Source: Kordiimonadaceae bacterium
Lineage (GTDB): Bacteria > Pseudomonadota > Alphaproteobacteria > Sphingomonadales > Kordiimonadaceae
Length of the DNA: 60,152 bases
NCBI GenBank assembly: GCA_016765035.1
Contig: JAESQS010000026.1
Coordinates: 1 to 60,152, forward strand
Direction: 5' to 3'
The translations under genes were made by a program, and so were the position numbers. How positions within the stretch are numbered: the first letter of the stretch is position 1; every line of letters starts with the position of its first letter. This document shows, in pieces, positions 25,420-33,850 of the stretch. The notes beneath the pieces were generated by a model. The model saw nothing but the letters and a program-made list of their open reading frames with translations. It was not told the origin of the DNA and did no database searches.

Positions 25420-28224
25420 GTGGTTAAATTTACCAGCATATATTTGAAGGTTTTTATACCTATTATCCTGGTGTTGTTGAGCTTGATTTCCTATGCGAAT
25501 TTTATCTGGCTCCCCAACATTATCAGCTACACTAACGCCCAGCTTCAAAAGCAAAATACCCAAATATTAAAGGGGATGAGTGAAGGGCTGGTACCGCTGA
25601 TGCTTTCGGGGAACTTGTCTGATATCTATGATAATATTGAACTGGTTTTAAGTGATAATTCGCCGCAGTGGAAAACGGTATATTTGAATGATAAAGTAGG
25701 AAACTCGCTGTATCCGATTGATACTGTGCCTTTGCCTGTCGAGACGCTTGATATCCATGTGTTGCGGCAGCCAGTCAGGGCGCTGGATTTAATCGGTGAA
25801 TTAATACTTGTTTATGACTCATCCTATGACCGGGAAAAATTCACTCGGGAATCACAGAATTTTGTCACAACATTGCTCATCAGTGTGCTGCTAACAGCCG
25901 CTGTCATTGCCTATGTTTTAACCTTTTTTGTATTGCATCCGGTCAAAGGTCTTTCCCAAGCGTCAAAAAGGTTGGCTGAGGGCGATTATGATTATCCTTT
26001 GCCGAAGTCACGCAAAGATGAAATTGGCACGCTGCTGACCAGCTTTCGGGATATGCGGGACAAGGCATTTTTGTCTAAGCAGCAACTGCTTGATAATAAC
26101 CGCGAGCTTGTGCTTGCTAAAGAAAGAGCTGAGGAAAACAACCGGCTGAAAAGCGAATTTATCGCCAATATGAGCCATGAAATCAGAACCCCCATGAATG
26201 GTATTTTTGGGATGGCGCAGTTGATAATGTTAACCGACCTTGATGAAACGCAAGCCAGTTATATCAATACCTTGATGATCTCTGCGGATTCCTTGTTGGT
26301 TCTTATTGATGATGTTTTAGATTTTTCAAAAATTGAAGCCGGGAAAATGGAACTAGCGCCGGTTGCGATGAATCTGGAAGCCATGATTGAAGAAGTAACT
26401 GATTTGTTGGCGCTTAAAGCTCAGGAAAAAAATCTTGAGGTTCTTATGAAATATAGCTTCGATACGCCCAAGTGTGTTGTGGGCGACCCGGGGCGCATCA
26501 AGCAAATTATTACTAACTTGGTGGGCAACGCGATTAAGTTTACCGAAGAAGGCTATATTATTATTGTCGTTGAATCTGAGAGGCTGAGTGAGCCCGGTTC
26601 TTCAAAAACACGTTTTAAAATCTCTGTGCAAGATACAGGCATTGGTATCCCAGATGAAATTCAGAAAACCATATTTGAAAAATTCTCTCAGGCGGATGCG
26701 TCAACAACAAAACAATATAGCGGCACAGGCCTTGGCTTGGCTATTTGTGAGCAACTTACCCGCATGATGGGCGGGGAAATATCCGTGACAAGTGTTGCTG
26801 GGCAAGGCGCAACCTTCACCTTTACTATGTTGTTAGATGAAAGCGACATGGTTATTCCAAACCGTAAAAAAGAATGTGATGTATCTGTTTTAAAGGGCTT
26901 AACAGCCTTAGTTGTTGACGACCTTGATGTCACAGGCATGGTTATTTCTGAATGGCTAAATGATTTGGGCATGGAGTGCAAAACGTGTAATTCGGCGATC
27001 GAGGCTTTGGTACTTTTTGGCGATGCGAGAGCCGCCAACCGACCGTATGACTTTTGTTTGATCGACTATATGATGCCTGACATTACAGGGGATACCTTAG
27101 GTAAAATATTTGCCCATGATGACACCATTGAGGATACCGTCTTTATTCTCATGTCAGCTTTTAACGATATTGAAAAAAGAGAATTTGAAAGCGCAGGTTT
27201 CACTGCTTTTCTGGCCAAGCCCATAAAAAGGCATGTGATGGAATATGTCTTAACGGAAGCGCTGCTGCAAGTGAATGACCAGAAGGAAGAGGTGCAAACT
27301 GTTGATGCCTATAAAGCCTATACGGGTCTGTCGAAAAAGTCTGAGACTAAATTTGCAAAAGCAAAAGTTCTTCTCGCTGAAGATAACCGGATTAATCAGA
27401 AGTTTCTGACAGGGGCATTACAGGGGCTTAACTGTGAAATCACGCTGGCGAATAACGGTCAGGAGGCCGTTGATCATGCCTTGAATGGAAATTTTGATAT
27501 TATCTTAATGGATTGCCAAATGCCGATTATGGACGGGTATGTGGCTGCAGCAAATATTCGAGATGCCATTAATGAAGGTAGAATTAAAGACATGCCTATT
27601 GTGGCTGTTACCGCTAATGCCATGGCAGGAGACAAAGAGAAATGCCTTGAAGCAGGTATGCAGGACTATATTGCCAAGCCTGTTGTCAGAGACAAATTGA
27701 TTGAAGCGCTTCAAAAATGGCTGCCTGAACACGCGAGAAAAGAACTTATGAGGCCCGCAGTTGTTGAGGAAACACAAGCCAAGCCTGAGATAGATAATCC
27801 ATCAAAGTCCGAGCAGGGTGACGTAAGTATTTATCAGGGTATACGCGTGTTGGTTATTGAGGATAATAAAGTCAATATGCAAGTCGCGTTAGGCATATTA
27901 AAAAGCCTTGGGTGCGTTGTGGAAACAGCATTGAATGGCGAACAGGGTGTAGAACAATTCATGAAAATTGGTTGTGATATTGTGCTGATGGATTGTCAAA
28001 TGCCGATCATGAGTGGCTATGAAGCGACTGTGCAGATTAAAAACCATATTTCCCGGATGGGCCTGAACAATGTCCCTGTTATCGCGCTCACAGCAAATAT
28101 TCATAAAGAAGACCAAGAAAAATGCAAAGTATCGGGCATGGATGATTTTTACGCCAAGCCAGTCCGTATTAAATCCATGCAAGAAATTCTCGACAAATGG
28201 GTTTTAGGAAAAGCACGGCATTAA
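25420..28224 (+). CDS. Hybrid sensor histidine kinase (HAMP, HisKA, HATPase, three REC domains)
   Basis: FIANMSHEIRTPMNG, NLVGNAIKFT, DTGIG and GTGLGL; REC motifs IDYMMP, MDCQMP and MDCQMP. Confidence 0.95.
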   Translation: MVKFTSIYLKVFIPIILVLLSLISYANFIWLPNIISYTNAQLQKQNTQILKGMSEGLVPLMLSGNLSDIYDNIELVLSDNSPQWKTVYLNDKVGNSLYPIDTVPLPVETLDIHVLRQPVRALDLIGELILVYDSSYDREKFTRESQNFVTTLLISVLLTAAVIAYVLTFFVLHPVKGLSQASKRLAEGDYDYPLPKSRKDEIGTLLTSFRDMRDKAFLSKQQLLDNNRELVLAKERAEENNRLKSEFIANMSHEIRTPMNGIFGMAQLIMLTDLDETQASYINTLMISADSLLVLIDDVLDFSKIEAGKMELAPVAMNLEAMIEEVTDLLALKAQEKNLEVLMKYSFDTPKCVVGDPGRIKQIITNLVGNAIKFTEEGYIIIVVESERLSEPGSSKTRFKISVQDTGIGIPDEIQKTIFEKFSQADASTTKQYSGTGLGLAICEQLTRMMGGEISVTSVAGQGATFTFTMLLDESDMVIPNRKKECDVSVLKGLTALVVDDLDVTGMVISEWLNDLGMECKTCNSAIEALVLFGDARAANRPYDFCLIDYMMPDITGDTLGKIFAHDDTIEDTVFILMSAFNDIEKREFESAGFTAFLAKPIKRHVMEYVLTEALLQVNDQKEEVQTVDAYKAYTGLSKKSETKFAKAKVLLAEDNRINQKFLTGALQGLNCEITLANNGQEAVDHALNGNFDIILMDCQMPIMDGYVAAANIRDAINEGRIKDMPIVAVTANAMAGDKEKCLEAGMQDYIAKPVVRDKLIEALQKWLPEHARKELMRPAVVEETQAKPEIDNPSKSEQGDVSIYQGIRVLVIEDNKVNMQVALGILKSLGCVVETALNGEQGVEQFMKIGCDIVLMDCQMPIMSGYEATVQIKNHISRMGLNNVPVIALTANIHKEDQEKCKVSGMDDFYAKPVRIKSMQEILDKWVLGKARH

Positions 28225-28271
28225 AGCGTACCTGGCTTAATTAAAGTCAGATCCGCCCACTCCCCGCTTAC
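28222..28271 (+). repeat. MITE-like dispersed repeat, partial copy overlapping the 3' end of the NylC-like gene
   Basis: TAAAGCGTACC...ATCCGCCCACTCCCCGCTTAC matches the copies at 41345 and 45733. Confidence 0.65.
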
Positions 28272-29682
28272 CAACCTGTTGCCAGTGACCGGGGTTGAAC
28301 GTCATGGCACCCTTACCGTCAAAATAAATGCTGAGGGGATAGCGCCCCAGTATGGTGAACTCTGTTTTTGAGACAGCCAGCAATTCTGTGCGTTTGTCTT
28401 TGGTAATGGCAAATGCCCGGCGTTTGCCTGTGGCCTGCGCATATAATTTATTGCCATCAGCCGTTACCTGCACATCCACAAATTGGCTGAATTTATACTC
28501 TCCCACAAAGGCAGCTAGGTCCTCTGCACTGTGGAGAGGAGCTTCGGCTGGCTTTGGGGCCGTTGGTTGCTCTGGCACAGAGCTTAGAAGCGCATCCCAC
28601 ATAACTTCAGAGGCAATAACCCCTAGGGCCGGGGAGGAAAATGCTTGTTCTTCCAGCTCTTGCGTGGACACAGCATATAAAACGTCGCCGTCAAACTGGG
28701 TGGCAAAGGGCTGGATGCCGCGCCCCAAAGATGTATGGACCTGAACGGCAAGGCGTTTTAGGTCGGCCGGGGATAATTTCTGGTTGGTGACAATCAGGCT
28801 AATAGTCGTGTTTTTGTTGCTTGCACTCGAAGCTGGGCCGTTCCAGTCTGCGCCTCGGCTTTCGGGGAAGTTCTGCATTAAATCAGCAGTGCTGACATTT
28901 TCAGGCCAGTCTTTGCCGCCAAAACAGGCTGCTGGATTACCGTCTCGGTCGGTAATAACGCCGTAAGGGTTTGCTATTATGAAAGCCGCGACTTTAACAT
29001 CGTCGATTTGGCGAAAAGCACCACCTTGGCCAGAGAAAGCATTGCAACCAAAGAAACCACCACTTTTAGCAAAGCGCCCTGCACCATGTGCGCCGAGGGG
29101 AAATTCTCCTGTTTTGGCCGCCCGAAAAGCAGCTTGTGCCAGTTTTTTGTCGGGATAAATTTCATTGAGCCGCCGGCCGCCAAAATCAAAAATAATAGAG
29201 CCAACGGACATGGCTATATTGGCATCTGCGCCAAAGGCATTACCATCCCGAATGCCATCGTCTTTCAAGGCGGTAGCAACGGCGGTTACAGCCTCTAGGC
29301 CGTACCATGAGCCACCTGCAAAAACGACAGTGTCAAGCTCGGCAATATCATAACCAAGCGCCATATAGTCAGTATTTACAGTGCCGGGGCCACCCCCCCG
29401 TACGTCAGCGGCAACAAGAACATGCTTGTCAAAATGAAGCACAGAGACACCCGTCGGGCCTTCGGTATATTCCCCGGTGCCTACTTTTAGAATAGGCCAA
29501 TCAAACGTCAGTGTTTTTTGAGAGGGTGCATTGATGACAGGCTGTAACTTGGATTGGTTTTCTTCGGCTGTTGCCCCCCCTGAGATTGACCCTGTAGCAG
29601 CGAGTATAACAGCGGCACAGCGTGCCCATAGCCCTCTGTTTTTTGCTGTCTTTTTGGCGCGATGCAAAAGGTTCATGGTCAT
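28237..29682 (-). CDS. Peptidase S58/P1 Ntn-hydrolase, NylC (6-aminohexanoate oligomer endohydrolase)-like, with signal peptide and extra C-terminal domain
   Basis: LTFDWP, YTEGPTG, YPDKKL, GQGGAFR, N|TTISLIVTN autocleavage site, QVHTSLGRGIQPF, DGD and ALGVIASEVMWDA closely follow NylC as recalled. Confidence 0.88.
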   Translation of the reverse strand: MTMNLLHRAKKTAKNRGLWARCAAVILAATGSISGGATAEENQSKLQPVINAPSQKTLTFDWPILKVGTGEYTEGPTGVSVLHFDKHVLVAADVRGGGPGTVNTDYMALGYDIAELDTVVFAGGSWYGLEAVTAVATALKDDGIRDGNAFGADANIAMSVGSIIFDFGGRRLNEIYPDKKLAQAAFRAAKTGEFPLGAHGAGRFAKSGGFFGCNAFSGQGGAFRQIDDVKVAAFIIANPYGVITDRDGNPAACFGGKDWPENVSTADLMQNFPESRGADWNGPASSASNKNTTISLIVTNQKLSPADLKRLAVQVHTSLGRGIQPFATQFDGDVLYAVSTQELEEQAFSSPALGVIASEVMWDALLSSVPEQPTAPKPAEAPLHSAEDLAAFVGEYKFSQFVDVQVTADGNKLYAQATGKRRAFAITKDKRTELLAVSKTEFTILGRYPLSIYFDGKGAMTFNPGHWQQVGKRGVGGSDFN

Positions 29683-29788
29683 ATTCCTATCTCATGCCGA
29701 GGCTGTTTATCATGCCAAAAGGGGGCCAGTTTCTTGTGAGTTTAGGGGGAGAAAGATAGCATTCGAAGATGTTATCTGTGTCGCATAT

Positions 29789-29805
29789 GGTGCGTCTTAT
29801 GCACC
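29789..29805. promoter_or_regulatory. LysR-type box GGTGCGTCTTATGCACC upstream of the NylC-like gene
   Basis: T-N11-A interrupted palindrome; recurs at 33698 and 36987. Confidence 0.7.
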
Positions 29806-29809
29806 GGGC

Positions 29810-29904
29810 CTTGGCACTTGCCCGCTTTTATTAAGTTTTATCAGCTTTAGAGAGTAAGCGGGGAGGGGGCGGATATGGTACTCATTAAGACGGATGCGCA
29901 ATAG
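29810..29904 (-). repeat. MITE-like dispersed repeat
   Basis: Reverse complement reads GCGCATCCGTCTTAATGAGTACCATATCCGCCCCCTCCCCGCTTACTCTCT. Confidence 0.75.
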
Positions 29905-29905
29905 G

Positions 29906-30910
29906 CTAATCCCGAAAGGAAGATAGCAACCAGTTTCTGAAGCGGCGCAGGGAGGGCATTTCCCACCTGTCACTCCGTGCCATAAACAAATAGGCGGCCA
30001 TGGTGAGGTTTTCGTCAAAATTTATATTACCAGCGGTGATGTCAATAAGCCTGCCTGCCTGTAAGTCATCGGCTGCTACCATTCTGTTACTCAGTGCAAT
30101 CCCGCGACCATGCCGGGCGGCATCAAGTGTCAGGTGGCCTTGCCATAAAAGGGGCCCTGTCAGGTCCTCTTCTGGCTCAACGCCGTGGGCTCTCAGCCAA
30201 GTTTCCCATGAATCAAAATCACCTTCATGTAAAAGCTGATGCTGTAGCAAGTCGCCCGGTGTTTTTATTTTCGGATGGTCTGCCAGATATTGAGGATTGG
30301 CAACGCAAATGACTGGCAACCGTGAAATCTCCTGGCTCTTTACGCCTTTAGGAATTTGGTAAGGGGTGCCATACCTAGGAATAAGCCTGATATCAACATC
30401 AGCTTCTTGCGCCATTAGGTCTGGACTGCTGTCTGTTGGACGAACTTCTATCGGGCTATCTGGCTGTACGCGTTCAAAAGCACCCAAATGCCCTGTAAAC
30501 CAGTGAAAAGCAAATGCTGGCATACACCAGATGTTGAGCGCCTGTTGTTCACTGAGCTTCATTAAATCTGACGTGGCATTGGAGATTAAATCAATCGCTG
30601 TAGCGATCTGCTCGTGATAGCGCCTGCCGTCATCTGTCAGGATAACACCGGTTGAGGTGCGCTCTACTAGGACAGTGCCCGTCCATGCTTCGATGGCTCG
30701 AATATGGCGGCTGATAACAGCATGGTCTCTATCTAGCCCAATGGCGGCCTTGCGAACACCGCCGAGGCGTGCCACTGCATCAAAGGCCCTAAGGGCCTCA
30801 AATGGTGGCATCGCCTTGCGAGAGGGCAAGTTGCTTGCGATGGGTGTGACGCTTTTCTTTTTGGAAGAAGGCATACTATCCTCAATATCACTTTGAAACC
30901 TGTATGTCAT
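29906..30910 (-). CDS. LysR family regulator (GcvA-like)
   Basis: MPPFEALRAFDAVARLGGVRKAA HTH; GcvA-like effector domain. Confidence 0.93.
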   Translation of the reverse strand: MTYRFQSDIEDSMPSSKKKSVTPIASNLPSRKAMPPFEALRAFDAVARLGGVRKAAIGLDRDHAVISRHIRAIEAWTGTVLVERTSTGVILTDDGRRYHEQIATAIDLISNATSDLMKLSEQQALNIWCMPAFAFHWFTGHLGAFERVQPDSPIEVRPTDSSPDLMAQEADVDIRLIPRYGTPYQIPKGVKSQEISRLPVICVANPQYLADHPKIKTPGDLLQHQLLHEGDFDSWETWLRAHGVEPEEDLTGPLLWQGHLTLDAARHGRGIALSNRMVAADDLQAGRLIDITAGNINFDENLTMAAYLFMARSDRWEMPSLRRFRNWLLSSFRD

Positions 30911-30957
30911 TCAGTCCAGTACAATGCAAATGTTTTGCGTTTGCGACTTAATATTAT

Positions 30958-32361
30958 TTAACACGGTTCACTAGGCGCTACTTCTAATTTCAGGTTGCGC
31001 GTGAAGGGCCGCCTGAAAAGGGCAACAAGCACGGCTCCTGCCCCAACAATGGCCGCATGGATTAACCAAAAAGTGGGTTCTGAAACTTGTTCATAAAAGC
31101 GGCCAAGCCACCCGCTGACCATGCCGCCAATAAAGAGCGACAGATAATAAGAGCCTACAAGCATAGCGTTTACAGCGTCTGGCGCCGTGCGTGATACAAG
31201 CGCAAGCATAATCGGCCCCACATACAAAAATCCGATAGCACAAATAAAATGGAATATAGTTGGCCATATCAAACCGAGAGGCTGACCCCCTGATACTATT
31301 TCCCCAAGCGCAAGCCAAACACAGGCCCCGGCGAAAACAGCACAGCCAATGATGATTTTGGTGAGGTCGCCGGGTTCTGCTTTCCGATTACTTTGAACGC
31401 GCCATAACCACAACACAAATGGAGCAAGGAGTAATACAGCGAGCGAATCCAATGCTTGAAACCACGTGATGGGGACTGATGTATCAAAAAAGGCCCGGTC
31501 TACGCGGTCCCTAATCCAAAGGGGGTAGGTATTCCAAACTTGTGTTTGTGCTGTCCAGAAGAGCGCTGCAATAAGAAACAAGGCGAAAATACTGGCAATA
31601 GTGCGGCCATCGCCTTCCTGCAATGTTGGTTTTTCACCTTTTTCAATTTTCTCACTGTCAGCCGGCAAATACTTGCGGCCTGAAAGATAAATAACGATAC
31701 CAACAAGCATACCAATGCCAGCAGCACCAAAGCCATAATGCCAACCATATAGTTCGCCGAGTGTGCCGCAGACCAAAGGGGCGAGAAAAGCGCCAACATT
31801 GATGGACATGCAATAGAGGGAAAAGGCCGAATCTCGCCGTTGGTCATTTTTGGCGTAGAGCCGCCCAACTTGCGCTGCCAAATTGCCTTTCAGAAGGCCT
31901 GCGCCAACAACCAAAGCAGATAAGGCGAATAGAAAAGCGGCTTCAAAAGCCATTAGGAAGTGACCAATAGCCATCATAGCCGCCCCGAGCAGGACAGCTT
32001 TTTGCTGCCCCATAACACGGTCGCCCAACCAGCCACCAAACACGGGCATCATGTAAATTAGGCCAATATATAAACCAAAAATTTGGGTGGCGAGTGCCTG
32101 AATGGAAAGCGGGCCGAAAACGGTTTCAAGCGCAGATCTGAAGCCGGCAAAAGCGACAATATTTTCGATGGCACCCGGATGCAGGAGATACCCTGCCATA
32201 TAAAGGACAAGCAAAGCCTGCATACCGTAGAATGAAAAGCGTTCCCACGCTTCCGTAAACACGATGAAGGCCAACCCTTTTGGGTGCCTCAGAAAATCAC
32301 CTTCCGCGCCTCGGTTCATGGGCGTAAGCTCTTTGCTGGCGGTTTCAAGATTTTCGTGCAT
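30958..32361 (-). CDS. POT/PTR proton-dependent oligopeptide transporter
   Basis: FTEAWERFSFYGM (ExxERFxYY-like), INVGAFLAP and GWHYGF motifs. Confidence 0.95.
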   Translation of the reverse strand: MHENLETASKELTPMNRGAEGDFLRHPKGLAFIVFTEAWERFSFYGMQALLVLYMAGYLLHPGAIENIVAFAGFRSALETVFGPLSIQALATQIFGLYIGLIYMMPVFGGWLGDRVMGQQKAVLLGAAMMAIGHFLMAFEAAFLFALSALVVGAGLLKGNLAAQVGRLYAKNDQRRDSAFSLYCMSINVGAFLAPLVCGTLGELYGWHYGFGAAGIGMLVGIVIYLSGRKYLPADSEKIEKGEKPTLQEGDGRTIASIFALFLIAALFWTAQTQVWNTYPLWIRDRVDRAFFDTSVPITWFQALDSLAVLLLAPFVLWLWRVQSNRKAEPGDLTKIIIGCAVFAGACVWLALGEIVSGGQPLGLIWPTIFHFICAIGFLYVGPIMLALVSRTAPDAVNAMLVGSYYLSLFIGGMVSGWLGRFYEQVSEPTFWLIHAAIVGAGAVLVALFRRPFTRNLKLEVAPSEPC

Positions 32362-32417
32362 TCTAAATCCTCGTCCTCTTTACTAGCATTGTCAGGGCTT
32401 GTGGTGACCCATATTTT

Positions 32418-33587
32418 TTATTTCAGCGCGCCGACGACAGCGTTGAAAAAATCATTATCCAGAATGAATTCTGTATGCATAGGTTTGGCGCGGGCACTCC
32501 AGACAATGACCACTGTCTGTTCGGCCGGGTTTATATACATATATTGCCCAAAGATGCCACGAGCCCCAAAACCCTGCTGAAATGTTGCGCCTTCGGGGGG
32601 CTGAACTGGCCACCACATGAAACCATAATTTAAGGGTTCACCGGCTATTTCTCTGGGTGTTGTTGCTTGCTCTAGCCAATCATCAGGGAGAATTGCGGTG
32701 TTTCCAATTTTGCCGCCCTTCATAACAAACTGGGCAAATCTGCCATAGTCCCGCAGCGTGGCGCTTATACCGCTGCCGGCGACTTCAAGGCCGTCCGCTG
32801 CTTCCAGCCACCAGCTTGCTTCTGCTTCCATGCCGAGTTTTGACCATATTTTTCTCGATAAATAGTCAGACAGATACTCTCCCGTAGCAGCATATAACAA
32901 CTCGCCGACCACATGCGTTTCGCCAGTACTGTAGTTCCACCGTGTGCCCGGCTCTGCCAAGCGGGGCAGTTTAGCCATATATTTTAAGATGGCACCGGGT
33001 TTTTGGGCTAATTGCAATTCCAGCACAGCACGGCGTTCCGAGCTTGGGTTGGTGTGGGTTTCATCCCACTGCACACCTGAGGTCATTTGAAGCAGGTGAC
33101 GTATGCTGACACCGTCGTAGCTGCTGCCTTTTAACGATGGCAGGTATGTAGCCAGTTGATCATCAAGGCTTTTGATAAAGCCGTCTTTAATCGCGGCCCC
33201 AACAAGCGTTGTGCTAACAGATTTTGCCATGGACATAGACATCCATTTGGTGTTGGCCGTATTCCCGTATTCATAGCTTTCGTGGGCGATGGCGCCATTT
33301 TTAATGACGAGAAGCGCTGTTACCCGGTTTCTGCCAACATAGTCATAAATATCATAGGTGCCATGGTCTGTTTTAATCTCCATATCAGTGAGCGATTTTG
33401 GCGCATAGCTGAAATATTGAGACTTAACATCCTTGCCTCTAGAAACAGTGCGGGTGGGAAATAATTGGCTGATGTTGCGAAAGGTGTGAATTTGCTGAGT
33501 TGGCATAAGCCTGCCTGCATAAACATCTCGTGCAGACCCAATGCTTTGGGGGACAGCTTTAGCTGAAGTTATACCTGTCATACTCAT
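32418..33587 (-). CDS. Serine hydrolase, NylB (6-aminohexanoate-dimer hydrolase)-like beta-lactamase fold
   Basis: MSMAKS (SxxK), HLLQMTSG, WNYST and ARGIFGQY motifs; no signal peptide. Confidence 0.85.
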   Translation of the reverse strand: MSMTGITSAKAVPQSIGSARDVYAGRLMPTQQIHTFRNISQLFPTRTVSRGKDVKSQYFSYAPKSLTDMEIKTDHGTYDIYDYVGRNRVTALLVIKNGAIAHESYEYGNTANTKWMSMSMAKSVSTTLVGAAIKDGFIKSLDDQLATYLPSLKGSSYDGVSIRHLLQMTSGVQWDETHTNPSSERRAVLELQLAQKPGAILKYMAKLPRLAEPGTRWNYSTGETHVVGELLYAATGEYLSDYLSRKIWSKLGMEAEASWWLEAADGLEVAGSGISATLRDYGRFAQFVMKGGKIGNTAILPDDWLEQATTPREIAGEPLNYGFMWWPVQPPEGATFQQGFGARGIFGQYMYINPAEQTVVIVWSARAKPMHTEFILDNDFFNAVVGALK

Positions 33588-33675
33588 CCTTAAAAAGCGG
33601 CATCATATTTTTAGAAATAGTACCCACATGACCAAAACCTGCATTAAACCGTAGGGTATTGGGCTTTTCTAGGTA

Positions 33676-33714
33676 AGGTGCGAACTAGGCTATGGGCGGT
33701 GTTTGCGAGGCACC
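33676..33714 (-). promoter_or_regulatory. LysR-type box plus secondary half-site in the divergent hydrolase/TonB receptor promoter
   Basis: GGTGTTTGCGAGGCACC (33698-33714) and AGGTGCGA (33676-33683), 14 nt apart. Confidence 0.7.
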
Positions 33715-33850
33715 GCCTGATGCGCCATTGGCATCTATTATGCTGGCTTTTGCTGTTTATCCTATCCAAGCAATCAAAAATGTAAATGGCGTTCGTCTGG
33801 AGTTTGCGAGGGCAAGCCGGAGGGTTGGAAGCGCCTGGGAGGAGATAATA

